Below the pieces are notes generated by a model. It worked only from the letters and a program-made list of their open reading frames with translations, was not told where the DNA came from and ran no database searches. A DNA stretch of 64,000 bases from Anaeromyxobacter sp. (GTDB lineage: Bacteria; Myxococcota; Myxococcia; Myxococcales; Anaeromyxobacteraceae). The stretch is from contig JASGJN010000007.1 in the NCBI GenBank assembly GCA_049840735.1, positions 96,001-160,000 on the forward strand, in the 5' to 3' direction. Positions within the stretch are counted from its first letter, which is position 1. Each line of letters begins with the position of its first letter. Positions 1 to 10,170 of this stretch are shown here, piece by piece. Position numbers and translations under genes: made by a program.

Positions 1-2
1 CG

Positions 3-806
3 GTCCCCGACACCTCCGCGCCGCTCCGCGCGCCGCGCATCCCGGAGATCGCCAAGCCGGAGAAGTCCACCGGCCGCCCGCTGCTGCCGGTGGCCATCGG
101 CCTGGTGCTGCTGCTGGTGGCGCTGATGGTGGTCGCGGTGATCAAGTTCACCGGCGGCGAGCCGGCGAAGCCCCCGCCGGCCAGGCCCGTGGTGGTCGCG
201 CCGGAGAAGAAGCCCGAGCCGCCGCCTGCGGTGGTGACGCCGCCGGCGGAGCCGCCGGTGGTGGCGCAGGCCGAGCCGGCGCCCGAGGTGAAGCCGGAGG
301 TCAAGGCCGAGCCGCCCAGGCCCGAGGTGAAGGAGGAGCCCAAGGCCACCAAGCCGCCCAAGGTGGCCGCGGTCGCGCCCGCCAGGAAGCCGGACCCCAA
401 GAAGAAGCCCGAGGCGGGCAAGGCCGAGCCGGTGGCCGCCGCGGGCGCCGCCGAGCAGGCGGCGCCGACGGAGCCGGAGTGGGAGGACGCCGACCAGCCG
501 GCCGGCGACAACAAGCTCACGCAGGACGAGATCCAGCGCGTGCTGGCCTCCCGCAAGAAGGCCTTCGACGCCTGTCTGGCCAACCCGTCGCGCGGCCTGG
601 ACACGCCGCTGGGCGCCCGGAAGGTCCTGCTGCGCTTCACGGTGCAGTCGGCCGGGACCGTCGGGTACCCGAACATCGACGACGTGACCGTCAGCAACGC
701 GCCGGTCGGCACCTGCCTCAAGAACGTGGTGAAGGGCATCACCTTCCCGGCGTTCCGCGGCGATCCGGTGAAGTCGGAGCTGGCGATCGCGATCCCGGCG
801 TCGTAG
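3..806 (+). CDS. 5'-truncated membrane-anchored protein with Pro/Lys/Glu-rich linker and C-terminal AgmX/PglI (TonB_C-like) domain; gliding-motility-associated type
   Basis: Frame is open from nt 3. TM segment IGLVLLLVALMVVAVI, then a P/K/E-rich spacer. C-terminal LTQDEIQRVL..AFDAC..VLLRFTVQSAG..GTCLKNVVKGITFPAF is typical of myxobacterial AgmX/PglI C-terminal domains. Confidence 0.7.
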   Translation, partial: VPDTSAPLRAPRIPEIAKPEKSTGRPLLPVAIGLVLLLVALMVVAVIKFTGGEPAKPPPARPVVVAPEKKPEPPPAVVTPPAEPPVVAQAEPAPEVKPEVKAEPPRPEVKEEPKATKPPKVAAVAPARKPDPKKKPEAGKAEPVAAAGAAEQAAPTEPEWEDADQPAGDNKLTQDEIQRVLASRKKAFDACLANPSRGLDTPLGARKVLLRFTVQSAGTVGYPNIDDVTVSNAPVGTCLKNVVKGITFPAFRGDPVKSELAIAIPAS

Positions 807-919
807 CAGGCCGGGACGGGCCTCGCCCCAGGTTGAAGCGCGCCGCTCGCTCCTCACGGAGCGGGCGGTTCGCGCTTCAGGCGAAGACGCCGGCCGCGGT
901 CGACGGGGTGGGGGCCCCT

Positions 920-1229
920 GCGAAGCAGGGGGAGGGGCGCCCTTCGACTCCGCGGCGCTTCGCGCCGCTACGCTCAGGGTGAACGGCCGCGGTAGGCCCA
1001 GGCCCCGCGCAGCAGGGGTGGGGCCCCGACGGCTCCGCCGGCGGGGCGGGGCGCAGCCGCGCGTGCGGCACGCAGGGAGGGGCTCCCAGCGAAGCTGGGG
1101 GAGGGGCGCCCCTCGACTCCGCGGCGCTTCGCGCCGCTACGCTCAGGGTGAACGGCCGCGGTAGGCCCAGGCCCCGCGCAGCAGGGGTGGGGCCCCGACG
1201 GCTCCGCCGGCGGGGCGGGGGGCGCAGCC
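920..1229. repeat. Tandem duplication (period 169 bp) of a multi-hairpin REP-like element
   Basis: ~140 bp copies at ~920-1058 and ~1089-1229. Each has a GCGAAGC hairpin and the core TCGACTCCGCGGCGCTTCGCGCCGCTACGCTCAGGGTGAACGG. Confidence 0.9.
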
Positions 1230-1233
1230 CCCG

Positions 1234-4200
1234 TCAGAAATGTATCGCCTGCGCGCTCGCCGTGGCCGCCAGCGCCTGCTCCCGCCAGGCCGCGCCGTCG
1301 AGCTTCTCGGCCAGCAGCACCGCCAGGTGGACCGGGCGGGCGCCATGGGAGGCGCTGCGCCCCAGCCCCTGCAGGCAGGAGGGGCAGTTGGTGACGATGC
1401 GCCGGCCCGGCTCGGCCGCCACGGCCGGCGCCAGCGCCGCGCGCTTGCGGTGGAGCATGGCGTCGGTGATGTCCGGCCGGGAGAGGGCCAGCGTCCCCGC
1501 CTCGGAGCAGCAGTGGGGCACGGCCTCGACGCGCCCCACGCCGCCCAGCGCCGTCATGACCGCGCCGGCCTTGCCGTCGAGCGAGTCGTGGCAGGGGGCG
1601 TGATAGAGCACCGGCTCGGCGCCCTCGACCCGCAGCCCGCGCTCCTGCACGTAGCGGGCGATGTCCACCACCCGCCCGCCGAAGAGCGCGCCCACCTCCA
1701 TCTGCTCCAGCCCCTCGCGGCAGGTGCCGCAGGTGACCACGCAGCCGTCGAAGGTCAGGTAGGCGAACATGTCGCGCAGCTGGCTGAACAGGATGGTGTC
1801 CTGCAGCACCACCCGGGCGTGCTGCTCGGAGCGGCCGTTGGCGTGGACCGGGAAGCCGCAGCACAGGAACGGCGGCGGCAGGATCACGCGGGTGCGGCTC
1901 CGCAGGAGCAGGTGGAGCGCCGCCAGCGCCACGTCGGACTGGAGCCGCTCCGAGCCGCAGCCGGGGAAGTAGAAGACCGACCGCTCGGCGGCCTGGGCCG
2001 GCTCCAGCACCAGCGCCTGGTCCGGCCCGCAGGCCGGGAGCAGGTCGCGCAGCGTCCGGGCCGGGGCCGGCGCCACCGGCGAGCGGAGCAGCTGGAGCGG
2101 GTAGGGGGCGCTGCGGGCGTCCTCCGGCTGCAGCGGCGCGGTGACGGCGCAGGCGGCGCGCTGCACCGCCCCGCCGAGCTGGACCAGCCCGGCGCGCATG
2201 ACCTTGTTCACCGCCGGCGAGCGCGAGCCGAGGTAGCGGAGCGTGGCGCGGGTGGCGGGCGAGGTGTGCTTGTAGCCGAAGTCGAGCAGGATCTCCCGCT
2301 CCAGCACGCTCACCTCACCGCTGTCGATCTTGACCGGGCAGGGCTCCAGGCACTTGTGGCAGATGGTGCAGTGGTCGGCCACCTCCTCCAGCCAGCGCAA
2401 GAGCTCGAAGCGCGTGGTGCGGGCGCGCTGGGCGTCGTAGAGCAGCGCCTCGATCAGCGCGCCGATGGCCAGGTTCTTGTTGCGCGGGTTGAAGAAGAGC
2501 GCGCGCGCCGGGTGGTGGACGCAGCAGTCCGGCTTGCACTTGCCGCAGCGGACGCAGTGGGCGATGGCCCTGGCCAGCCGCTCCAGGTTGCCGTGCTGGA
2601 GGATGCGGGCCTCCAGCTCCAGCAGGTTGAAGGAGGGGGTGAAGACGCGCTCCAGGACGTCCAGGTCCTCGAGCTTGCCCGGGTTCATGAGGCCGGCCGG
2701 GTCCACCTCGCGCCGGTGCGCGGCCAGGGCGGCGATGCGCTCCGGCTCCAGGTACTTGAGCTTGGTGATGCCGATGCCGTGCTCGCCGGAGACCACGCCG
2801 CCCAGCCGGACCACCTCGGCCATGACGCGGTCGATGACCCCCTCCACCCGCCGCAGCATCTCGCGGTCGTTGGAGAGCACCGGCACGTTCACGTGCACGT
2901 TGCCGTCGCCGGCGTGCATGTGGGTGGCCAGCACTACCCGCCGCTCGCGCACGTGGGCGTGGGCCTTCTCCAGGGCGCCTGCCAGGCCGGGCGCGCCGTG
3001 CAGGAGCCCGTCCAGCCCGCCCCGCAGCCCGTCCAGCAGCGCCAGGCTGCGCAGCTCGGCCGGGCCCGCCGCCGCCAGGGCCTGGCGCGCCTGCTGGCAG
3101 CGCTCCAGCGCGGCCGGGGCCCGCTCCCCCACCCAGCCGGCGTCGTCGCCGCGCGGCGGCGCCGCGCGGAGCAGCGCCTCGGCCCGCTCCACGAAGGCCA
3201 GCTGGGCGTGGCGCTCCTCCTCCACGTTGGCGGCCTCGACCCAGCGGGCGAAGGGGGCCAGCTGGTCCAGGGGCAGGACCACGTCCTCGTTCATCTTGAA
3301 GGCGTTGGTCCGCTTGGCGATGGCCCCCAGCCGCTTGCGGTCCAGCCAGAAGCGCTTGGCCTCGGCCGCGTCGCGCGCCTCGAAGAGCAGCGTGTTGGGG
3401 TGGTGCGCCAGCACCTCGCGCAGCCGCGCCACGCCGGCGTCCGCCTGCGCCTCGTCGTGGCCGGCCAGGTCCACCAGCAGCACGGCCTGGGGCACGTCCG
3501 CCCGCGCCGCCTTGACGCGGTAGTCGATGGCCCGGACGTACTCGCGATCGAAGTGCTCCAGCGCGGTGAGCGCCTCGCGCCCCTGGTTGGGGAACGGGAA
3601 GGCGCGCGCCAGCTCCAGGATCACCTCGCTGGCCTCGTCGAAGTCCGGGCCGAAGAACTCCAGGCAGACCGTGCGCCGGGCCGGGTACTGGCGGTGCAGG
3701 ATGAACTCGGCCGAGGTGATGACGCCGTCGGTCCCCTCCTTCTGCAGGCCGGGGACGCCGCCCAGCGCCTTGTCGGTGATGTCCTTCCACAGGCCGCGCT
3801 TGCGGATCTCGCTCCCGCGCAGCGCCACCGTCCTGAGCGGCCGCCCGGCCTCGTCCTCGACCGCGAACGTGACCGTGTCGTCGGGCAGGATCTTGCGCAG
3901 GCGGTGATCGGTCCGCCGCACCGTCCAGCGCTGGCCGGAGGGCATGGCCATGCGCCAGGAGAGCAGGTTGTCGATGCAGGTGCCCCACTGCACGCAGTCC
4001 TTGCCGCCGGCGTTCTCGGCGATGTTGCCGCCGATGGTGCAGGCCCAGGCGCTGGTGGGGTCGGTGGCGAAGACCAGGCCGTGCTCGGCCGCGTGCTCCA
4101 TGGCCTTCTCGGTGACCACGCCGGCCTCCAGCTCCAGCACGGCCGCCTCGGCGGCGCCGCCGTCCGGCAGCTCGAAGCGGCGGGTGGTGAGGGCGCGGAC

Positions 4201-4863
4201 GCGGTCCAGCCGCTCGGTGTTGACGACCACGCAGTCGGGCCGGAGCGGGACGGCGCCGCCGGTCAGCCCGGTGCCGCCGCCGCGCGGGACGGCCTTGAGC
4301 CCCAGCCGCGCGATGGCGGCCAGCAGCGGCGCGACCTGCGCCTCCTCGGCCGGGAAGGCCACCGCCACCGGCAGGTGGAGGCGCCAGTCGGTGGCGTCGG
4401 TGGCGTGGGAGACCAGCGTGAAGGGGTCGAAGCGGACGCCGTCCTTGCCGATCACCGCGCCCAGCTCGCGCTGCAGGCGGCGGCGCAGCCCGGGGGCGCC
4501 CTCGACCTGGGCGCGGAAGCCGGCCGCCAGGGTGCGGCAGCGCCCCAGCACGTCCATCACCAGCGCCTCGCCCTGCGCGTTGCGCTCGACGAGCGAGAGG
4601 TCGGTCTCGACCTGGCGCAGGAAGCGGCGGCGGCGGCGCGGGGACTCGACCAGCTCCTGGAAGAGGAAGGGGTTGCGGCGGTGGATCAGGATCTCGCCGA
4701 AGAAGCGCATCAGCAGCCGGGCGCTCCGCCCGGTGACCCGCCGCGCCCGCAGGGCCTCCAGCTGGGCCCAGACCTCGGCGCCGAGCAGCTCGGCGATGGC
4801 CTGGTGGTCATCTGCCGAGGTGTAGTTGAAGGGGATCTCGCGGTGCGTGGCGGCGTGCGTCAT
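1234..4863 (-). CDS. Large FAD-linked oxidase / Fe-S oxidoreductase (DUF3683 + GlcD-like FAD domains + 4Fe-4S + CCG domains)
   Basis: N-terminal REIPFNYTS; PRGGGTGLTGG, IGGNIAENAGG, HAGDGNVH, GEHGIG; CVRCGKCKPDC and CTICHKCLEPCP; CCG motifs. ATG at 4863. Confidence 0.85.
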   Translation of the reverse strand: MTHAATHREIPFNYTSADDHQAIAELLGAEVWAQLEALRARRVTGRSARLLMRFFGEILIHRRNPFLFQELVESPRRRRRFLRQVETDLSLVERNAQGEALVMDVLGRCRTLAAGFRAQVEGAPGLRRRLQRELGAVIGKDGVRFDPFTLVSHATDATDWRLHLPVAVAFPAEEAQVAPLLAAIARLGLKAVPRGGGTGLTGGAVPLRPDCVVVNTERLDRVRALTTRRFELPDGGAAEAAVLELEAGVVTEKAMEHAAEHGLVFATDPTSAWACTIGGNIAENAGGKDCVQWGTCIDNLLSWRMAMPSGQRWTVRRTDHRLRKILPDDTVTFAVEDEAGRPLRTVALRGSEIRKRGLWKDITDKALGGVPGLQKEGTDGVITSAEFILHRQYPARRTVCLEFFGPDFDEASEVILELARAFPFPNQGREALTALEHFDREYVRAIDYRVKAARADVPQAVLLVDLAGHDEAQADAGVARLREVLAHHPNTLLFEARDAAEAKRFWLDRKRLGAIAKRTNAFKMNEDVVLPLDQLAPFARWVEAANVEEERHAQLAFVERAEALLRAAPPRGDDAGWVGERAPAALERCQQARQALAAAGPAELRSLALLDGLRGGLDGLLHGAPGLAGALEKAHAHVRERRVVLATHMHAGDGNVHVNVPVLSNDREMLRRVEGVIDRVMAEVVRLGGVVSGEHGIGITKLKYLEPERIAALAAHRREVDPAGLMNPGKLEDLDVLERVFTPSFNLLELEARILQHGNLERLARAIAHCVRCGKCKPDCCVHHPARALFFNPRNKNLAIGALIEALLYDAQRARTTRFELLRWLEEVADHCTICHKCLEPCPVKIDSGEVSVLEREILLDFGYKHTSPATRATLRYLGSRSPAVNKVMRAGLVQLGGAVQRAACAVTAPLQPEDARSAPYPLQLLRSPVAPAPARTLRDLLPACGPDQALVLEPAQAAERSVFYFPGCGSERLQSDVALAALHLLLRSRTRVILPPPFLCCGFPVHANGRSEQHARVVLQDTILFSQLRDMFAYLTFDGCVVTCGTCREGLEQMEVGALFGGRVVDIARYVQERGLRVEGAEPVLYHAPCHDSLDGKAGAVMTALGGVGRVEAVPHCCSEAGTLALSRPDITDAMLHRKRAALAPAVAAEPGRRIVTNCPSCLQGLGRSASHGARPVHLAVLLAEKLDGAAWREQALAATASAQAIHF

Positions 4864-5047
4864 CGAGCGTGTGCTCCGGCGTGAAGCGGGCGCACACGAT
4901 ATCAGCTTTCGCCCGCCCGGCACCCATCCGGTCCGCCGAGGAGGAGGCGGCACGCGGTCGCGGGGCCGCCTGGTCGCGGGGTCGTGGGATTTGCGTCCCG
5001 TGGCAAGGTGGGGCAAACGTTCGCTGGGCCTCTAGACCGAGGGAGAG

Positions 5048-5455
5048 ATGTCGGCCATCCGCTGGACACCCGCGCTCGCCGTGGGGCACGCCACCATCGA
5101 CGGGCAGCACCAGGAGCTGATCAGGCGGCTCAACGCCCTGCTGGCCGCCATGGCCGTCGGGAACCGGTCCGAGATCGAGCAGCTCTTCGAGTTCCTGGCC
5201 GAGTACGTGGTCGAGCACTTCTCCGCCGAGGAGAAGCTGATGCAGGACTCGAGCTTCCCCGGCTACAACGTGCACCGGTCGGCGCACGAGCGGTTCATCC
5301 GCGACTACGCCGGGCTGCGGAAGCTGTACCAGGAGACCGGCGCCACGGCGGCGGTGACCATCAAGGCCAAGACCTGGCTGGTGGACTGGCTGCAGGTGCA
5401 CATCGCCGGCACCGACGTGCAGCTGGCGAGGCACCTCAACGCCAGGCGCGCCTGA
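5048..5455 (+). CDS. Bacteriohemerythrin (single domain)
   Basis: IDGQHQEL, HFSAEEKLM, H..AHERF, WLQVHI..D di-iron ligand pattern; GAGGGAGAG SD upstream. Confidence 0.92.
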   Translation: MSAIRWTPALAVGHATIDGQHQELIRRLNALLAAMAVGNRSEIEQLFEFLAEYVVEHFSAEEKLMQDSSFPGYNVHRSAHERFIRDYAGLRKLYQETGATAAVTIKAKTWLVDWLQVHIAGTDVQLARHLNARRA

Positions 5456-5550
5456 GCGGGCGGGCGCACCCCGACCGAAACGCGGCGGCGCCGTGAAGGC
5501 GGCCGCCGCTTCCGTTATTTCACCCTCCGGACAACCTGCTCCGGAGCCCC

Positions 5551-7381
5551 ATGCCCACGTTCGCCCACGACAGCGCCGCCCACGCCCCGTCCGGCGTGGC
5601 GCAGCGGGTCAACGACTTCTCCCTCCAGGTCGCCACCGCCAACGGCTCGGGGTCGCAGAGCTCCAACGCGGTCCTGCTGCGCGCCATCTTCCGCATGGGC
5701 GTGCCGGTTCTCGGGCAAGAACCTCTTCCCCTCCAACATCGCCGGCCTGCCCACCTGGTACACGATCCGGGCCTCGGCCGACGGCTGGGTGGCGCGCAAG
5801 AAGGAGATCGACCTCCTCGTCGCCATGAACCCGGAGACGGCGCGCGAGGACGTGCTGGGGCTGCCGCCGGGCGCGGCGGTGGTGTACGACGCGCCGCTCG
5901 CGCTCTCCGGGCTGCGCGAGGACCTGGTCTTCTACGGGGTGCCGTTCGACCGCCTGGTCGAGCCGCTGAGCGGCGACGCCAAGCTGCGCAAGCTCTTGCG
6001 CAACATGGCCTACGTGGGCGTGCTGGCCCGGCTGCTGGAGATCGACCTGGCGGAGGTCGAGTCCGCCATCGGCAAGCAGTTCTCCGGCAAGGCCAGGGCG
6101 CGCGACCTGAACGTCGCCGCCGCCCGCGCCGGCTTCGAGGGCGCCGCCGGGCTGGAGAAGCGCGACGGGCTGCGGATCCGCCGCCTGGACCGGACCGCCG
6201 GGAAGGTGCTGGTGGACGGCAACAGCGCGGCGGCGCTGGGCGCGCTCTTCGGCGGCGTGACGGTGGTGGCCTGGTATCCCATCACGCCCTCCTCCTCGCT
6301 GGTGGAGACGCTGGCCGGCTACCTCCGCAGGTACCGCATGGGCGAGGACGGGAAGCCGACCTTCGCGGTGGTGCAGGCGGAGGACGAGCTGGCCGCGCTG
6401 GGCATGGCGCTGGGGGCCGGCTGGGCCGGCGCGCGGGCCATGACCGCCAGCGCGGGCCCCGGCCTCTCGCTGATGGCCGAGTTCGCCGGGCTGGGCTACT
6501 TCGCCGAGCTGCCGGCGGTGATCTTCGACGTGCAGCGCGTCGGCCCCTCCACCGGCCTGCCCACCCGCACCTCGCAGGGCGACGTGCTCTCCACCGCCTT
6601 CCTCTCCCACGGCGACACCCGCCACGTGCTGCTCTTCCCGGGCTCGGTGGAGGAGTGCTTCACCATGGGGGCGGAGGCCTTCGACCTGGCGGAGCGGCTG
6701 CAGACGCCGGTCTTCGTCATGACCGATCTCGACCTGGGCATGAACACCTGGATGGCCGACCCGTTCCCGTACCCGGACCGCCCGCTCGATCGCGGCAAGG
6801 TGCTGGATCGCGAGACGCTGGAGCGGATGGGCGGCTTCTCCCGCTACCGCGACGTGGACGGCGACGGGATCGGCTGGCGGACGCTGCCCGGCACGGAGCA
6901 CCCGCGGGCCGCCTACTTCACCCGCGGGACCGGGCACGACGAGCACGCCGCCTACAGCGAGAGCGGGCAGGTGTTCGAGCGCAACATGGCGCGGCTGGAG
7001 CGCAAGCTGGACGGGGCGCGGGCGCGCCTCCCGGCGCCGGTGCGCCTGGGGCGCGGCGCGCGGGTGGGCGTCATCGCCTACGGCTCCTCGGATCCGGCCG
7101 TGCGCGAGAGCCAGGCGCAGCTCCAGGCGGAGCACGGGCTGCAGGTGGACTACCTGCGGGTGCGCGGCTACCCGTTCGCCGCCGAGGTGGGGGCCTTCGT
7201 GGCCGAGCACGAGCGCACCTACGTGGTGGAGCAGAACCGGGACGGGCAGCTGGCGGCGCTGCTCAAGCTGGACCTGCCGCCGGGGCTGGTCCCGCGGCTC
7301 CGCTCCATCGCGCACATCACCGGCCTGCCGCTGGACGCCCGCTCGGTGACCGACGAGCTGTCCACGCAGGAGAGGAGCTGA
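5551..7381 (+). CDS. korA: 2-oxoacid:ferredoxin oxidoreductase alpha subunit (apparent +1 frameshift at ~5708, probably a sequencing error)
   Basis: NGSGSQS, then after the frame switch GKNLFPSNIAGLPTWY; YPITPSS, QAEDELAA, VQRVGPSTGLPT. Total length 3n+1. Confidence 0.88.
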
Positions 7382-7382
7382 C

Positions 7383-8429
7383 ATGACCACCCCCGCGACC
7401 CCGCCCGCCGGCGGCAAGGTGAACCGGCTGGGCCTGCCGCTGGCCGAGTACCGCGGCGGCAAGACCACGCTCTGCGCCGGCTGCGGCCACAACGCCATCT
7501 CCGAGCGGATCCTGGAGGCCATGTTCGAGATGGGCGTGCCGCCGGAGCGGGTGGCCAAGCTCTCCGGGATCGGCTGCTCCTCCAAGAGCCCGGCCTACTT
7601 CATGGGGCGCTCCCACGCCTTCAACGCGGTCCACGGGCGCATGCCCTCGGTGGCCACCGGGGCGGTGCTGGCCAACCGCGGGCTCCTGGCGCTGGGCGTC
7701 TCCGGCGACGGGGACAGCGCCTCCATCGGCATCGGCCAGTTCGTGCACGCCATGCGGCGCAACGTGCCCATGGTCTACGTCATCGAGGACAACGGCGTGT
7801 ACGGCCTCACCAAGGGGCAGTTCTCGGCCACCGCCGAGGCCGGCAGCAAGCTCAAGACCGGCGTGGTGAACGACCTGCCGGCGCTGGACGTCTGCGCACT
7901 GGCCATCCAGCTGGGCGCCACCTTCGTGGCCCGGTCCTTCTCCGGCGACAAGCGGCAGCTCTCGGCGCTGCTCAAGGCGGCGGTGGCCCACCGCGGCGTG
8001 GCCATGCTGGACGTGATCTCGCCCTGCGTGACCTTCAACGACCACGAGGGCTCCACCAAGTCCTACGCGTACATGAAGGAGCACGACGTGCCGCTGCACG
8101 AGCTCTCCTTCGTGCCGGCGCGCGAGGAGATCACCGTCGAGTACGCGCCGGGGGAGCGGGTCGAGGTGGCGCTGCACGACGGCTCGCGCCTGACCCTGCA
8201 CAAGCTGGAGGAGGGGTACGACCCGCGCGATCGGGTGCGGGCGGTGTCGCGCCTGATGGAGAGCGCGCAGGGCGGCGAGGTGCTGACCGGGCTGCTCTTC
8301 GTGGACGTGAAGGCTCCGTCCTTCCTCGACCTGCTGGGCCTGCCGGACGCGCCGCTGGCCGCGCTGCCGGAGGCGGCGGTGCGGCCTCCCCGCGCGGTGC
8401 TGGACGAGGTGATGGAGGGGCTCAAGTAG
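7383..8429 (+). CDS. korB: 2-oxoacid:ferredoxin oxidoreductase beta subunit
   Basis: LCAGCGH, SGIGCSSK, GDGD..IG TPP motif, DNGVYGLTKGQFS; starts 2 nt after the alpha stop. Confidence 0.92.
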   Translation: MTTPATPPAGGKVNRLGLPLAEYRGGKTTLCAGCGHNAISERILEAMFEMGVPPERVAKLSGIGCSSKSPAYFMGRSHAFNAVHGRMPSVATGAVLANRGLLALGVSGDGDSASIGIGQFVHAMRRNVPMVYVIEDNGVYGLTKGQFSATAEAGSKLKTGVVNDLPALDVCALAIQLGATFVARSFSGDKRQLSALLKAAVAHRGVAMLDVISPCVTFNDHEGSTKSYAYMKEHDVPLHELSFVPAREEITVEYAPGERVEVALHDGSRLTLHKLEEGYDPRDRVRAVSRLMESAQGGEVLTGLLFVDVKAPSFLDLLGLPDAPLAALPEAAVRPPRAVLDEVMEGLK

Positions 8430-8468
8430 CCGCTGGCGGCCGCCGGGAGGCTGGGATAGGACGGGCGC

Positions 8469-9443
8469 ATGCCCAGCGCCATCCGCATCCACCAGCACGG
8501 CGGGCCGGAGGTCCTCCGGCTCGAGGACCTCCCCGCCGGCGAGCCCGGCCCGGGCGAGGTCCGCGTCCGCCACGAGGCGGTCGGCGTCAACTTCGTGGAC
8601 GTCTACCACCGCACCGGCCTCTACCCGATGGCCACGCCGCACGGCCTGGGGGTGGAGGCGGCCGGGCGCGTGGAGGCGGTCGGGGCGGGGGTGGCGGGGC
8701 TCTCGCCGGGCGACCGGGTGGCCTACCTGGCGCCCGCGCCGGGCGCCTACGCCGAGGCGCGGGTGGTCCCGGCCGACCGGCTGCTGAAGCTGCCGGAGGG
8801 TGTGACGGCCGAGGTGGCCGCGGCGGCGCTGGTGAAGGGGCTGACCGTGCACGCGCTGATCCGGCGGGCCTACCCGGTCCAGCCGGGCGACACGGTGCTG
8901 TGGCACGCCGCGGCCGGCGGCGTGGGGCTCCTGGCGGTGCAGTGGCTGAAGGCGCTGGGCGCGACGGTGATCGGCACGGTGGGCTCGGACCAGAAGGCCG
9001 AGGTGGCCCGGGCCCACGGCTGCGATCACGTGGTGGTGTACACGCGCGACGACTTCGTGGCGCGGGTGAAGGCGCTGACCGGCGGCGCGGGCGTGCCGGT
9101 GGTCTACGACTCGGTGGGGAAGTCCACCTTCGAGCGCTCCCTGGACTGCCTGCGCCCCCTGGGCATGATGGTCAGCTTCGGGAACGCCTCCGGGCCGGCG
9201 CCGGCCATCGAGCCGGTGGTGCTCTCGCGCAAGGGCTCGCTCTTCCTGACGCGCCCCTCGGTCTTCCACTACGTGGCCGGCCGCGCGGACCTGGAGCGCG
9301 GCGGGGGCGAACTCTTGCCCATGCTCGCCGACGGGCGGCTGCGCGTGCAGGTGGGCGGCCGCTGGCCCCTCGGGCAGGCGGCGGAGGCCCACCGCGCGCT
9401 GGAGGCGCGCGCCACCACCGGGTCGCTGCTGCTGCTCCCTTGA
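8469..9443 (+). CDS. qor: NADPH:quinone oxidoreductase (zeta-crystallin/MDR family)
   Basis: GGPEVL, GVNFVD.YHRTGLY, HAAAGGVG, VVYDSVGK, KGSLFLTRPS, TTGSLLL. Confidence 0.92.
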   Translation: MPSAIRIHQHGGPEVLRLEDLPAGEPGPGEVRVRHEAVGVNFVDVYHRTGLYPMATPHGLGVEAAGRVEAVGAGVAGLSPGDRVAYLAPAPGAYAEARVVPADRLLKLPEGVTAEVAAAALVKGLTVHALIRRAYPVQPGDTVLWHAAAGGVGLLAVQWLKALGATVIGTVGSDQKAEVARAHGCDHVVVYTRDDFVARVKALTGGAGVPVVYDSVGKSTFERSLDCLRPLGMMVSFGNASGPAPAIEPVVLSRKGSLFLTRPSVFHYVAGRADLERGGGELLPMLADGRLRVQVGGRWPLGQAAEAHRALEARATTGSLLLLP

Positions 9444-9524
9444 GCCGCGCCCGCGCCCTGGCGGGCGCCACACCCCCGCATGCCTAACTTCCCGGTGGGG
9501 CGACGGACGCCCAGCGAGGGAGGG

Positions 9525-10025
9525 ATGATGCGGACACTGGCAGTGATGGCGGCGCTCCTGCTGGCCGGCGCGGCGGGGGCTGCAGACGACACCAACAAGC
9601 AGGCGGCCAAGGACAGCGCCCACCAGGCCGGTCAGGACGCCAAGGCGAGCGCGCAGCACGCGGGCGACGCCATGCAGAGCGGCGCCAAGGCCGCCGGCGA
9701 CAGCATGCAGCGGTCGGGCAGCGACGCCACGGCCGGCGGCGCGCAGGCGAACACCCAGACGGCCGAGGACCAGCGGGACCGGGAGAAGAAGGACAGCTTC
9801 GACATCGAAGGCAAGGTGTCGAAGGTCTCCAGCAAGTCGGTGACCCTGCAGCGCGACGACGCCGGCTCGGCCACGCTCCACACCAACAAGGCCACCAAGG
9901 TGGAGCTGGACGGCAACACGGCGCACCTGTCGCAGCTGAAGCCGGGGCAGGACGTGAAGGCCTCGTTCAACCTCCAGGGCGACAAGCCCATGGCGATCGA
10001 GATCAAGGCCGACTCGAACAAGTAG
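9525..10025 (+). CDS. Secreted protein with 11-residue Ala/Gln repeats and C-terminal OB-fold-like (DUF5666-like) domain
   Basis: GAGGGAGGG SD before ATG 9525; signal peptide; IEGKVSKV..TKVELDG..LSQLKPGQDVKASF..AIEI. Confidence 0.65.
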   Translation: MMRTLAVMAALLLAGAAGAADDTNKQAAKDSAHQAGQDAKASAQHAGDAMQSGAKAAGDSMQRSGSDATAGGAQANTQTAEDQRDREKKDSFDIEGKVSKVSSKSVTLQRDDAGSATLHTNKATKVELDGNTAHLSQLKPGQDVKASFNLQGDKPMAIEIKADSNK

Positions 10026-10048
10026 GGCGGCCCGGGGAGAGAGGGCCA

Positions 10049-10089
10049 GAAAAGACGGCAGCCTCCGGGGAGAACCCCGGAGGCTGCCG
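10049..10089 (-). terminator. Intrinsic terminator (possibly bidirectional) downstream of the RND operon
   Basis: Perfect 15-bp stem CGGCAGCCTCCGGGG-agaa-CCCCGGAGGCTGCCG (10056-10089), followed by TCTTTTC on the minus strand. Confidence 0.8.
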
Positions 10090-10170
10090 GGTCCCGGGCG
10101 AAGGCTGGGGGGGGGATGCCCGCGCCGGGACCAACGTGCGCGCAGACGCGCGCGTCAACCACCAGAAGGT

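Noticed and set aside
920..1229. Possible CRISPR array
   Set aside because: Only two long units, no repeat-spacer periodicity and no cas genes.
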